This document shows positions 53,685 through 63,601 of a stretch of 64,000 bases of DNA, one piece after another; within the stretch, counting starts at the first letter, position 1; each line of letters opens with the position of its first letter. The notes under the pieces were generated by a model. The model made no database searches and was not told the origin of the DNA. It was given only the letters and a program-made list of their open reading frames with translations. A program made the position numbers and the translations under genes. Origin of the DNA: Bacteroidota bacterium (GTDB taxonomy: Bacteria; Bacteroidota; Bacteroidia; 2-12-FULL-35-15); the NCBI GenBank assembly GCA_947447995.1, contig CANFLQ010000002.1, positions 14,002 through 78,001 of the forward strand, given 5' to 3'.

Positions 53685-54743
53685 ATGAAAACAATTTTAC
53701 TGATAGAAGATAATCCCGAAATGCGTGAGAATACAATGGAAATTCTTGAGCTGGACAAATACAAAGTAATTCCCGCAAAAAATGGTAAAGAAGGTGTTGA
53801 ATTAGCACAAAACAATAAAGTTGATTTGATAATTTGTGATATTATGATGCCTTTGTTGGATGGTTATGGTGTTTTGCATTTATTAAGTAAAAATCCTGAA
53901 ACCGCAAGTATACCTTTCATTTTTTTAACGGCAAAATCGGAGCGAATGGATTTTAGAAAAGGAATGGAAATGGGAGCCGATGACTATATCACCAAACCTT
54001 TTGATGATATGGAATTACTGAATGCTGTTGAAAGCAGAATCAAAAAAAGTGAATTATTACGTTCTGAGTTTTCCAAAAATCAGGAAGGATTCGATAATTT
54101 TTTCACAGAGATTAAAAACCTGAGCGACTTTGGTAAATTATCAAATGCAAGAACCAACCGAATTTTTAAGAAAAAACAAATAATTTTTACTGAAGGTAGT
54201 TATCCAAACGGTTTATATTTTATAAATAAAGGTAAAGTAAAAACTTTTAAAACAAATACTGATGGAAAAGAGCTAATTACCGGGTTATTTAAAGACGGTG
54301 ATTTTATTGGGTATCATGCTTTATTGGAAGAAAGTGTTTATAACGAATCTGCTGCAGCATTAGAAGAAACTGAAACCTGTTTAGTATCTAAAGACGATTT
54401 TTTTATCCTTATTTATAAAAATAATGAAGTATCAAAAAAATTCATTCAAATGCTTTCCGATAATATCGTTGAAAAAGAAAAAGCGTTATTAAATTTAGCT
54501 TATAATTCGGTACGAAAACGAGTTGCCGAAGCCTTAATGGAATTAAAATTAAAATACCATAATGAAGGTGAAAAACAATTTAGTATGCCGATTTTGCGCG
54601 AAGATTTAGCGAACATGGCAGGTACTTCGCAAGAAACAACCATTAGAACACTTGCCGATTTTAAAGACGAAAAACTAATAGATATAAATGGCGGAACAAT
54701 TACATTGTTAAATGTTGAAAAACTAAAAAAGTTGAAGAATTAA
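53685..54743 (+). CDS. Hybrid response regulator: receiver (REC) domain fused to a Crp/FNR-type cNMP-binding domain and HTH.
   Basis: REC domain (LLIEDN...DLIICDIMMP...LTAK, phosphoacceptor Asp). Effector-domain-like beta-roll (IFTEGSYPNGLYFINKGKVK). C-terminal HTH_Crp (ILREDLANMAGTSQETTIRTL). Confidence 0.85.
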   Translation: MKTILLIEDNPEMRENTMEILELDKYKVIPAKNGKEGVELAQNNKVDLIICDIMMPLLDGYGVLHLLSKNPETASIPFIFLTAKSERMDFRKGMEMGADDYITKPFDDMELLNAVESRIKKSELLRSEFSKNQEGFDNFFTEIKNLSDFGKLSNARTNRIFKKKQIIFTEGSYPNGLYFINKGKVKTFKTNTDGKELITGLFKDGDFIGYHALLEESVYNESAAALEETETCLVSKDDFFILIYKNNEVSKKFIQMLSDNIVEKEKALLNLAYNSVRKRVAEALMELKLKYHNEGEKQFSMPILREDLANMAGTSQETTIRTLADFKDEKLIDINGGTITLLNVEKLKKLKN

Positions 54744-54745
54744 CT

Positions 54746-54789
54746 ATACCAAAATTAATCTTGAAACGAATCAAGATTAATTTTGGTAT
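54746..54789. terminator. Bidirectional terminator between the convergent response-regulator and desaturase genes.
   Basis: Perfect 19-bp arms ATACCAAAATTAATCTTGA / TCAAGATTAATTTTGGTAT with a 6-nt loop. Confidence 0.75.
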
Positions 54790-54799
54790 TAAAATGTAT

Positions 54800-55864
54800 T
54801 TATTGTCCTACTTGTTTCAAATGAACTACGTGTGAACGTATTGCACTAAGTACCGTTGGAAATTCCATGTAGTTTACTCCGAATTGCTCGCAGGTTTCTT
54901 TAACTAACTGACTAATATTAGGATAATGAACGTGGCTAATACGAGGAAATAAATGGTGTTCCACCTGAAAATTTAAACCACCTGTAAACCATGAAACAAT
55001 TTTATTTTTTGTAGCAAAATCCGCCGTTGTTTCTATTTGATGAACAGCCCACTCATTTTCAATTTGATAAATATTTGTGTCAGGTAAATGAAAAGACGCC
55101 TCTTCAACAACGTGTGCCAATTGAAAAACAACAGAAATAACAAACCCCGTAACAAAAGATATTACAACATAGCCAATCAAGGTTTCCTTTATACCAATTA
55201 CATATATTGGGAGTGTTATAAATACAGCTATATATAAAACCTTACTAATCCAAAAAACAAAATGATCGGTTAATTCCATTTTTTTGAATTTATTATCACC
55301 AATTTTTCCGGAAAAATATTTTTGAAAATCCTGAACATAAACCCATAATAAATAAGTTGTACAGTATAATGGTATCCAATAAACATGTTGAAACTGGTGA
55401 TACCAATGTTTTTTTTGGTTTTCGTTTACACGAATCCAAGGCTTTATATCAATATCTTCATCCATACCTTCAATGTTAGTATACGAATGATGAAAAACAT
55501 TGTGTTTCGCTTTCCACAAAAACGCGTTACCTCCCATCGCATTTAAAGAAAATGCCATCAACTCGTTTACCCAAGGTTTTTGAGAAAAACTACCATGAGC
55601 ACCATCGTGCATTGTATTAAAACCTATGGCTGCAAGGTTTAACCCCATCAAACAACATACTAAAATAGATAGCCAAAGTGACGGCGTAAAAAAGACCAAA
55701 ACAACATAAAAAGTAATGGCCGATAACAGAAGGAGAATTGTTTTTATATATAATTTAAAATTCCCCGTTTCTCTAATATTATTAGACTTAAAATAGGTGT
55801 CAACCTTTTGTTTTAATGTTTCAAAAAACACGCTATCCTTATTATTGAAAATTACTTTTTGCAT
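54800..55864 (-). CDS. Membrane fatty-acid desaturase (acyl-lipid/CoA desaturase family).
   Basis: Three His boxes (HDGAHGS, HNVFHH, HHLFP), 4 TM segments, 354 aa. Confidence 0.85.
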   Translation of the reverse strand: MQKVIFNNKDSVFFETLKQKVDTYFKSNNIRETGNFKLYIKTILLLLSAITFYVVLVFFTPSLWLSILVCCLMGLNLAAIGFNTMHDGAHGSFSQKPWVNELMAFSLNAMGGNAFLWKAKHNVFHHSYTNIEGMDEDIDIKPWIRVNENQKKHWYHQFQHVYWIPLYCTTYLLWVYVQDFQKYFSGKIGDNKFKKMELTDHFVFWISKVLYIAVFITLPIYVIGIKETLIGYVVISFVTGFVISVVFQLAHVVEEASFHLPDTNIYQIENEWAVHQIETTADFATKNKIVSWFTGGLNFQVEHHLFPRISHVHYPNISQLVKETCEQFGVNYMEFPTVLSAIRSHVVHLKQVGQ

Positions 55865-55876
55865 CTTCAGTTTTAA

Positions 55877-55902
55877 TTAATTATCGAAGCAAAGATAATT
55901 AA
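55877..55902. promoter_or_regulatory. Inverted repeat TTAATTATC-N8-GATAATTAA in the desaturase 5' region.
   Basis: Lies 13-38 bp upstream of the desaturase start codon. The arms contain Fur-box-like GATAAT hexamers. Confidence 0.3.
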
Positions 55903-55965
55903 AAAAAGTGCGAATCATAGTTTTTTATAAATGCGAAAATGTGACTTAAATCATATTGTATAGAA

Positions 55966-56454
55966 CTATTGCTTGGGCAATTTAACTTTTACTGACCATG
56001 TAAAACCAAACTCTGCAACAACATCTCCAGCTTCATCTTTTCCCACTGTTTTTGTTTCAATCAAAATACCTTCGCCCGTTTCTTTTGCTTTTTTAATTGA
56101 GTCAGCTACCAATTTACCATTCTCGCAAGTAAAGGTTATTTTACCTACGGCTTTTTTTAAATAGGCTGCATTATTTTTAACAATAAGCATTGATACTAAG
56201 GGTTTTGAATCTTGTGTTTCATAAAGTAAAAGTATCCCTGTCGACATTTCAGCAGCCATAGAAAGCACAGCAAAATAAATAGAACGAAATGGATTCTTGT
56301 TTAGCCAACCATATTTTACAGTTGTGCTTGCCCTATTTTCATTTAACTCTTTTACTTTAATTCCGGCCAAAAAAGCCATTGGCAAACCATTGAGTAAATA
56401 AAGACTTAATAAAAAACCATTGGTCACCCTTTTTTGATATTGAATTTTATCCAT
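55966..56454 (-). CDS. Hotdog-fold / DUF4442-like protein.
   Basis: The N-terminus KRVTNGFLLSLYLLNGLPMAFLAGIKV...NPFRSIYFAVLSMAAEMSTG resembles DUF4442 thioesterase-like proteins. Assigned from memory. Confidence 0.45.
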   Translation of the reverse strand: MDKIQYQKRVTNGFLLSLYLLNGLPMAFLAGIKVKELNENRASTTVKYGWLNKNPFRSIYFAVLSMAAEMSTGILLLYETQDSKPLVSMLIVKNNAAYLKKAVGKITFTCENGKLVADSIKKAKETGEGILIETKTVGKDEAGDVVAEFGFTWSVKVKLPKQ

Positions 56455-56465
56455 TATAAATAATA

Positions 56466-57314
56466 TTAGATGGGAAATGTAATAGAAGTAATACGCATGG
56501 CTTCTTCAAATGCTATTTTGTCGATATTAGTAGAAATATTTTTTTTTTCAAAATACGACAATAAATTTTCAGTAGGCATATTGCCTGTTAATTTATCTGT
56601 TGCCATAGGACAGCCACCATAACCTTTAATGGTACTATCAAATCGCCGACAACCACTTTTGTATGCGGCATTTACTTTCTCTTCCCAGGTATCAGGTGTT
56701 GTATGCAAATGAGCTCCAATTTCAATTGTAGAAAATTCAGGTACTAATTTTGAAAAAAGAGTTGAAATAGTTGAAGGAGTTGAAATACCTATAGTATCTG
56801 ATAAAGCTATAATCTTTATTCCCATTTTTGCCAATTGCCTAGTCCATTTGATTGCTATATCAGCACTCCACTCATCTCCATAAGGATTACCGAAAGCCAT
56901 AGAAATATAAACCACCAGTTCTTTTCTATTTCTAATACATAAATCATAAATTTCCTCCACTCTGGTTAAAGATTCCAAAATAGAAGAATTGGTATTTCTT
57001 TGTTGGAAGGTTTCTGAAATGGAAAAAGGATAACCTAAATAATTGATCTCTTCAAATTCAACAGCATCCTGAGCTCCCCTAACATTAGCAATAATTGAAA
57101 GCAACTTTGATTTTGTATTGCTCAAGTCCAGCTGCTCCAAAACCTTTGCTGTATCACGCATTTGAGGAATTGTTTTTGGAGAAACAAAACTACCAAAATC
57201 AATGGTGTCAAAGCCTACTTGTAATAATGAGTTGATATACCCAACTTTTTTATCTGTTGGTATAAATTCGTGTATACCTTGCATGGCATCGCGCGGACAT
57301 TCAATTATTTTCAT
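56466..57314 (-). CDS. Hydroxymethylglutaryl-CoA lyase.
   Basis: TIM-barrel HMGL-like sequence: MKIIECPRDAMQG, IGAHLHTT, and a C-terminal Cys region. 282 aa. Confidence 0.8.
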   Translation of the reverse strand: MKIIECPRDAMQGIHEFIPTDKKVGYINSLLQVGFDTIDFGSFVSPKTIPQMRDTAKVLEQLDLSNTKSKLLSIIANVRGAQDAVEFEEINYLGYPFSISETFQQRNTNSSILESLTRVEEIYDLCIRNRKELVVYISMAFGNPYGDEWSADIAIKWTRQLAKMGIKIIALSDTIGISTPSTISTLFSKLVPEFSTIEIGAHLHTTPDTWEEKVNAAYKSGCRRFDSTIKGYGGCPMATDKLTGNMPTENLLSYFEKKNISTNIDKIAFEEAMRITSITFPI

Positions 57315-57335
57315 AAGCCTATCTCATAAAAGGGA

Positions 57336-58370
57336 TTAGAGGGTTGCCAATATTCCCTTATTTATTTGTTTTACAATGCCTGGTCCTTCATAAATAAATC
57401 CAGTATAAACTTGCACAAGACTAGCGCCCGCCTTTAGTTTTTCAATTGCATCTTCAGCAGTATAAATACCACCAACAGCAATAATTGGAAATGCCTTACC
57501 CGACTTTTCACTTAAATACCTAACAACTTCCGTTGAACGTTTAACCAATGGTTTTCCACTTAATCCTCCGGCACCAATTGCCTTTAGTTTTGAATCTGAA
57601 GTATTTAAGCCTTCTCTTGAAATAGTAGTATTGGTTGCAATTACACCATCAATTTTTGTTTCTTTAACAATATCTATAATGTCATCCAATTGTGAATCGG
57701 TTAAATCTGGAGCTATTTTTAACAGTATAGGTTTTGGATTCTTCTTTTGAGAATTAATCTCTTTCAAATGTTTTAGCAATTGAGTAAGAGGGGCTTTATC
57801 TTGCAATGCGCGAAGATTAGGTGTATTAGGAGAACTTACATTCACAGCAAAATAATCTACATAATCGAAAAGAGCTTCAAAACATTTAGAATAATCACTA
57901 ACAGCGTCTTCATTTTCAGTTATTTTATTTTTACCAATATTACCTCCGATAATAATTTTTGTTTTGCGTTTTTTTAAATGATTAACAGCTTCATCTACAC
58001 CTCCATTATTAAATCCCATTCTGTTTATCAACGCCTCATCTTTGGGTAAACGAAACATTCTAGGTTTTTCATTACCTGGTTGCGCTTTTGGGGTAAGCGT
58101 ACCTATTTCAATAAAACCAAATCCAAAATTGCCCAACTCATCAAATAATTTGGCGTCTTTATCAAAACCTGCAGCCAATCCAACAGGGTTAGGAAATGTA
58201 AGTCCAAATAATTTACGTTCCAAACGTTTATCCTTTACCACATAAATGCTTTGCACAATTAAGGTAACTCCAGGAATAGCAAAAAAAAACTTAATTATTT
58301 TAAAAACGATGTGATGAATTGTTTCTGGTTGAAAGAGAAACAAAATGGGTTTTATAATGATTTTATACAT
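57336..58370 (-). CDS. pyrD: Dihydroorotate dehydrogenase (quinone), class 2.
   Basis: [35 protein letters not shown] and GGLSG. N-terminal membrane-associated helix. Confidence 0.9.
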   Translation of the reverse strand: MYKIIIKPILFLFQPETIHHIVFKIIKFFFAIPGVTLIVQSIYVVKDKRLERKLFGLTFPNPVGLAAGFDKDAKLFDELGNFGFGFIEIGTLTPKAQPGNEKPRMFRLPKDEALINRMGFNNGGVDEAVNHLKKRKTKIIIGGNIGKNKITENEDAVSDYSKCFEALFDYVDYFAVNVSSPNTPNLRALQDKAPLTQLLKHLKEINSQKKNPKPILLKIAPDLTDSQLDDIIDIVKETKIDGVIATNTTISREGLNTSDSKLKAIGAGGLSGKPLVKRSTEVVRYLSEKSGKAFPIIAVGGIYTAEDAIEKLKAGASLVQVYTGFIYEGPGIVKQINKGILATL

Positions 58371-58523
58371 AGGGGTAATAATCTTAACACGAAATTACTA
58401 TTTATTTACCATGCTAAAAAAATAATATAGGAAAACCTTCTTACTTTATTATAACAAAATTGAAAAGAACAATAACTACTAACTAAAAACTCAAATTATT
58501 TTTTAACAACACATAATTATATT

Positions 58524-58555
58524 TTAGACTAGCCTAAATTTTATTTATATATTTG
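58524..58555 (+). promoter_or_regulatory. Candidate DtxR/MntR-type operator (TTAGACTAGCCTAAATTTT) overlapping the promoter (-7 box TATATTTG) of the DtxR-like / mntH operon.
   Basis: TTAGNNTAGCCTAA matches the left half and core of the DtxR consensus TTAGGTTAGCCTAACCTAA. The -7 motif is at 58548-58555, 19 bp before the ATG. Confidence 0.4.
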
Positions 58556-58573
58556 TCTTAAATAAATAATCCA

Positions 58574-59260
58574 ATGCAATCATTTACAGAAGAAAACTAC
58601 ATAAAAGCCATCTATAAACTAATAGAAGCTAATGGCAATACTGTTAGTACAAATTCCATTGCCGAAAAAATGAATACAAAGGCTGCCTCTGTTACAGATA
58701 TGCTAAAAAAACTGTATACAAAAAAGCTTATTAATTATAAAAAATACCAAGGTGTAACCCTTACCACTAAAGGAGAAAAAACAGCTCTTAATATTATTAG
58801 AAAGCACCGTTTATGGGAAATGTTCCTAGTAGAAAAACTTGATTTTAAATGGGATGAGGTGCATGATGTAGCCGAACAATTAGAACACATTGATTCAGAT
58901 AAACTTATTGAACAAATTGATAAATTTTTAAATTACCCAAAGGTTGATCCTCATGGAGACCCTATACCTGACGCAAAAGGAAAGTTAAATGTGACTAAAT
59001 CTCAGGTCTTATCTAAGTTCAATAAAAATGATGTATGTGTAATGACAGGTGTTGTAGATCACAGTCCTTCTTTTTTGCAATATTTAGATAAATCAGGTAT
59101 TAACTTAGGAATTGAAATCCAAATAAAAGATGTTGTGCTATTTGACCGCTCTTTACAAATAACCATTAATAAAAATACTGCCATTTTTATTAGCAATGAA
59201 GTTGCTAAAAATATTTTAGTGATTAAAAAAAACTATAAAAAAAACTCATTAAAAGTATAG
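58574..59260 (+). CDS. DtxR/MntR-family metal-dependent transcriptional regulator with a C-terminal FeoA/SH3-like domain.
   Basis: N-terminal HTH ENYIKAIYKL...NTVSTNSIAEKMNTKAASVTDMLKKL, the metal-binding and dimerisation region, and a C-terminal SH3-like domain. Confidence 0.85.
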   Translation: MQSFTEENYIKAIYKLIEANGNTVSTNSIAEKMNTKAASVTDMLKKLYTKKLINYKKYQGVTLTTKGEKTALNIIRKHRLWEMFLVEKLDFKWDEVHDVAEQLEHIDSDKLIEQIDKFLNYPKVDPHGDPIPDAKGKLNVTKSQVLSKFNKNDVCVMTGVVDHSPSFLQYLDKSGINLGIEIQIKDVVLFDRSLQITINKNTAIFISNEVAKNILVIKKNYKKNSLKV

Positions 59261-59271
59261 TTAAATATAAA

Positions 59272-61143
59272 ATGAAAACGACTAAATCATTGTCAGAAGT
59301 ACACGAAAGTGTTGATACCATAAATAAAAAAGGATTTTGGAAAAAGCTTTTTGCTTTTATAGGCCCAGCCTATTTAGTAAGTGTTGGATATATGGATCCA
59401 GGTAATTGGGCAACAGATATTGCAGGTGGTAGTCAGTTTGGGTATCAATTACTTTGGGTGCTTTTAATGAGTAATCTTATGGCTCTAATATTACAAAGCC
59501 TAAGTGCCAAGTTGGGTTTGGTACAAGGCTTAGATCTTGCACAAGCCTCCAGGGCAACTTATCCTCCAATTGTTAACCTTTTTAATTGGGTATTAGCAGA
59601 AATAGCAATTGCTGCATGTGATTTGGCCGAAGTGATAGGTATGGCAATAGGCTTGCAATTACTTTTTCATATACCACTTTTAGTAGGCGTTTCAATCACG
59701 GTGTTAGATACAATTCTTTTATTAATCCTATCACGCTATGGTATGCGTAAAATGGAAGCTTTTATTTTAGTGCTTATTGCTACCATAGGGTTAGCATTTA
59801 TAGCTGAACTGTTTTTCTCAAAACCCGATGGTGCTGCACTTGTTAAAGGTTTTATTCCTACAATTCCAAACCATTCAGCCTTATATATTGCTATTGGAAT
59901 TATTGGAGCTACGGTAATGCCTCATAATTTATATCTTCATTCATCATTGGTTCAAACACGAAAAATAGATCGCAGTGAAGCTGGAATTAAAGAAGCTATT
60001 AAATTCAATTTTATAGATACATTTATTGCACTTAATCTTGCTTTGTTTGTAAATGCAGCAATCTTAATTCTTGCAGCTGCTGTATTCTTCTCTACTGGAC
60101 ATAACGAAGTAGCTGAAATACAGGATGCCTATAAACTTCTAAGCGATATTTTAGGTAATAACCTTGCTCCCATTTTATTTGCTGTAGCACTGATTGCAGC
60201 TGGACAAAGTTCCACTCTTACAGGTACACTCTCTGGACAAATTGTAATGGAAGGCTACTTAAATCTTCGCATTCAACCTTGGTTACGCCGTATAATAACT
60301 CGTTTGATAGCAATAGTTCCTGCATTTATTGTAATTTATATTAAGGGCGAAGAAGCTACTGGAGAGTTGCTTATTTTAAGTCAGGTTTTATTGAGTTTAC
60401 AATTAGGATTTGCTGTTATACCACTTATTCATTTAACAAACGACAAGAAAAAAATGGGGCAATTTGCCAACACAATACCAGTAAAAATTGCAGCTTGGGC
60501 AATTGCCACCATTATTATCGCACTAAATGCAAATCTTGTTATAGAAACTATTTTAGGATGGATAAATAACTCAGAGAATCCCTCAATATTATATTTTATA
60601 GTTGTTCCTTTAGTCGTTATTTCAGCAATATTTTTATTGTATATCACTTTTAGTCCTATAATAAAAAAAGTAAAACTCAAAAGGAATCACGTTCCAGATG
60701 GTAAAGTTGAAACATTAGATATTTTTGGGGGAATTAAATATCATTGTATTGCCATAACCGTTGATTTTAGCAGTAGCGATAATAAAGCTATTAGTAACGC
60801 GATTGCACAAGGCGGTAATACTGCAAAATATATTTTAATTCATATTGTAGAAACAGCAGGAGCACGACTAATGGGTAATGAAATTGATGATCTAGAAACC
60901 TTATCTGATAAGAAAAACTTAGAGCAATATAAAATTGAACTTGAGAGCAAAGGTTTTACCATTAGAACTAAATTAGGATTTGGCAATCCTAAAAAAAGTA
61001 TTCCAGAAATTGTTAATGAAACCAATTGTGATTTGCTTGTAATGGGAGCTCATGGTCATAAAGCATTAAAAGATATTATTTTTGGTACTACACTTGATGC
61101 TGTACGACATAGTGTTAAAGTTCCTGTATTGATTGTAAAATAA
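59272..61143 (+). CDS. mntH: Nramp-family divalent metal transporter (MntH) fused to a C-terminal universal stress protein (USP) domain.
   Basis: [23 protein letters not shown] (Nramp signature) and 11 TM segments. The C-terminal ~150 aa, ITVDFS...[35 protein letters not shown], is a UspA-type domain. Confidence 0.85.
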   Translation: MKTTKSLSEVHESVDTINKKGFWKKLFAFIGPAYLVSVGYMDPGNWATDIAGGSQFGYQLLWVLLMSNLMALILQSLSAKLGLVQGLDLAQASRATYPPIVNLFNWVLAEIAIAACDLAEVIGMAIGLQLLFHIPLLVGVSITVLDTILLLILSRYGMRKMEAFILVLIATIGLAFIAELFFSKPDGAALVKGFIPTIPNHSALYIAIGIIGATVMPHNLYLHSSLVQTRKIDRSEAGIKEAIKFNFIDTFIALNLALFVNAAILILAAAVFFSTGHNEVAEIQDAYKLLSDILGNNLAPILFAVALIAAGQSSTLTGTLSGQIVMEGYLNLRIQPWLRRIITRLIAIVPAFIVIYIKGEEATGELLILSQVLLSLQLGFAVIPLIHLTNDKKKMGQFANTIPVKIAAWAIATIIIALNANLVIETILGWINNSENPSILYFIVVPLVVISAIFLLYITFSPIIKKVKLKRNHVPDGKVETLDIFGGIKYHCIAITVDFSSSDNKAISNAIAQGGNTAKYILIHIVETAGARLMGNEIDDLETLSDKKNLEQYKIELESKGFTIRTKLGFGNPKKSIPEIVNETNCDLLVMGAHGHKALKDIIFGTTLDAVRHSVKVPVLIVK

Positions 61144-61171
61144 ATTCAAAAATAAATACCTTTGTATCATT

Positions 61172-61660
61172 ATGAAGAACGAAAACAATATCAATATAAA
61201 AAACAAACGTGCATCCTTTGAGTACTCCTTTATTGATAAATATTTGGCAGGTATTCAATTAACAGGAACCGAAATAAAATCAATACGTGAAGGGAAATCT
61301 ACAATAAACGAAGCGTTTTGTGTTTTTATACTTACTAAAAGAAGTAAAGAAAATCCAATGAAACGCAATAGCGAGTTGTTTATTAGGAACATGCATATTG
61401 CCCATTATTTTAATGGCACCTATAATAATGTTGAAGAAAAAAGAGATAGAAAATTATTGCTCAATAAACGTGAACTGGAAAAACTTCAAGATAAATTAAA
61501 GGATCAAGGGTTGACAATAGTGCCAATTCGTTTATTTGTAAACGAAAAAGGATATGCCAAACTAGAAATAGCTTTAGCTAAAGGAAAAAAAATATTTGAT
61601 AAACGGGACGATATTAAAAAAAGAGATATAGAGAGGGATACAAACAGACAATTAAAATAA
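61172..61660 (+). CDS. smpB: SsrA-binding protein SmpB.
   Basis: [26 protein letters not shown]...NMHIAHY...[13 protein letters not shown]...[10 protein letters not shown]. Confidence 0.9.
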   Translation: MKNENNINIKNKRASFEYSFIDKYLAGIQLTGTEIKSIREGKSTINEAFCVFILTKRSKENPMKRNSELFIRNMHIAHYFNGTYNNVEEKRDRKLLLNKRELEKLQDKLKDQGLTIVPIRLFVNEKGYAKLEIALAKGKKIFDKRDDIKKRDIERDTNRQLK

Positions 61661-61664
61661 TTAT

Positions 61665-62555
61665 TTATTTATACCCAGCAACTAACTCTGCTAAATCATT
61701 TTGAGTTGCTTTATTAATTTTAACTAATGGTAATCTTAAGTTAGCCTGACAAATATTTAATATTTCTAAAACAGCTTTAACCCCAGCAGGGTTACCATCT
61801 GCAAATATTTTTTCAATAATATCAGTTAGTTTGTAATGCAATTTTTGAGCTTCAGAAACATTACCTAATAATATTTTTCTAATCATTTCAGAAAAATCTT
61901 TTGGATATGCATTTCCAACAACAGAAATAACCCCATCTGCACCACTAGCAATCATAGGCAATGCAAGCATATCATCACCCGATATTACTAAAAAATCTTT
62001 AGGGCGGTATTTAATAATTTTCATACATTGTTCCAAATTGCCAGAAGCCTCTTTAATGCCAATAATATTTTTAAAATCTTCTGCTAATTTTATGGTTGTT
62101 TCAGGTAAAATATTAGAAGCAGTTCTACCAGGTACATTATAAAGCATTATTGGAAGCAGGCTAGCTTCCGAAATAGCTTTGTAATGCTGATAAATCCCAC
62201 GTTGATTAGGTTTGTTATAATATGGAGAAACTGACAGAATAGCGTCAATATTATTAAAATAAGAAGATACTTTAAGCGTATCTAATATTTCTTGAGTATT
62301 ATTACCCCCCAAACCAAGCACAATAGGTACTCGTTTACCTACACACTCAATAATATGTGTTACTACAGATTGTTTTTCATCTTTATTTAAAGTAGCTGTT
62401 TCGCCTGTAGTACCAAGTGCAACAAGATATTCAACACCACCTTTAATAAGATGGTCAACAAGTTTACCAATACCCTTGTAATCTATGCTATTATTTTTAT
62501 TAAATGGAGTAATCATAGCAACTCCTGTACCTTTAAATCTACTATTTTTACTCAT
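61665..62555 (-). CDS. dapA: 4-hydroxy-tetrahydrodipicolinate synthase.
   Basis: GTGVAMITPF...GVEYLVALGTTGE and a Schiff-base Lys region. 296 aa. Confidence 0.9.
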   Translation of the reverse strand: MSKNSRFKGTGVAMITPFNKNNSIDYKGIGKLVDHLIKGGVEYLVALGTTGETATLNKDEKQSVVTHIIECVGKRVPIVLGLGGNNTQEILDTLKVSSYFNNIDAILSVSPYYNKPNQRGIYQHYKAISEASLLPIMLYNVPGRTASNILPETTIKLAEDFKNIIGIKEASGNLEQCMKIIKYRPKDFLVISGDDMLALPMIASGADGVISVVGNAYPKDFSEMIRKILLGNVSEAQKLHYKLTDIIEKIFADGNPAGVKAVLEILNICQANLRLPLVKINKATQNDLAELVAGYK

Positions 62556-62742
62556 CTAAAAAAACATTCTTCAAATTTATATTATTTTCTTTTATATATT
62601 AAAATCGAATTCTAAAATATTACTACAAACAGTTACAAAATTTTAGTAAAACTCCCTAAGAGCCAATACAGAGGATAAAGGTAAAATTTAATAATTATAA
62701 TTCAAAATTAATTTGTTACTGTTCATTATTTTTAATAAAAAA

Positions 62743-62771
62743 ATCCGCCCTTTCGTTTGGAAAGGGCGGAT
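62743..62771. terminator. Bidirectional intrinsic terminator.
   Basis: ATCCGCCCTTTC-gtttg-GAAAGGGCGGAT, flanked by A8 and T7. Confidence 0.8.
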
Positions 62772-62791
62772 TTTTTTATTAAAAATAATGA

Positions 62792-63550
62792 TTAATGAAC
62801 AGCTTTTATCTCTACTCTTCTATTCATAGCTTTACCTTCTTCTGTTTCATTAGAACCTATAGGTTTTGTTTCGCCATAACCAGTTACAGAGGTAATTCTA
62901 GCTGCTGGTATTCCTTTAGATATAAAATACTCTCTAATTGTTTTTGCTCTTCTTTTAGATAATGCCAAATTATATTCATCCGAACCAACAGCATCAGTAT
63001 ATCCTTCAATTATAAAATTCAAATTGATATATGAAGTTAAAATTTTCAATATATCATCTAATGGTTTATAAGAGTCTTCAGTTAATGTAGCACTATTAGT
63101 ATGAAAAAACACTTGCTTAGCAAAAGTTTTAATTTCTTTAGCCTCTTCTAAAGCAAACTCCTTTACAGGAGGTTTAGCTGCCTCCGCTGCTGCTGCTGCT
63201 AAAGCAGCAGCTTTTAAAGCCATCCTAACTTTGGTTAAAGAATCTCTTTTCTCTAATTCATAAATGTATTTAGATAAAGTAATTGCTTCTTTATCAGAAT
63301 AATCATGAGTAGAATCTTTTCCAATAACATCAATTAATAATTTAGGATCAGAAATACTAGCAACATCTTTCAACCCAAAACCATTAGGTTCTGTTGCATT
63401 AGCTAGTGAATCTTTTTTCTCTAGCTCATATACTTGGTTAGACAACTTCATTAACTCTTTTTCATTAAATCGATTAAGAGTATCGCATTGTGAATAACCT
63501 ACCAACGAAATGTTGCATAGAAACACAATTAACAAACTTATATTTTTCAT
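62792..63550 (-). CDS. OmpA-family lipoprotein / peptidoglycan-associated protein.
   Basis: Signal peptide plus Cys, an internally duplicated YELEK(K/R)DSL segment, an Ala-rich linker, and the C-terminal OmpA domain GYTDAVGSDEYNLALSKRRAKTI...NRRVEIK. Confidence 0.8.
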   Translation of the reverse strand: MKNISLLIVFLCNISLVGYSQCDTLNRFNEKELMKLSNQVYELEKKDSLANATEPNGFGLKDVASISDPKLLIDVIGKDSTHDYSDKEAITLSKYIYELEKRDSLTKVRMALKAAALAAAAAEAAKPPVKEFALEEAKEIKTFAKQVFFHTNSATLTEDSYKPLDDILKILTSYINLNFIIEGYTDAVGSDEYNLALSKRRAKTIREYFISKGIPAARITSVTGYGETKPIGSNETEEGKAMNRRVEIKAVH

Positions 63551-63601
63551 TTTAATATTATATTTAAAGATTTATACATGAGGCATTTTAATACAAAAAA
63601 C

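Noticed and set aside
62556-62742. Possible lysine riboswitch in the dapA 5' region.
   Set aside because: The leader is very AT-rich and lacks the GC-rich multi-helix L-box core, so there is no support for it.
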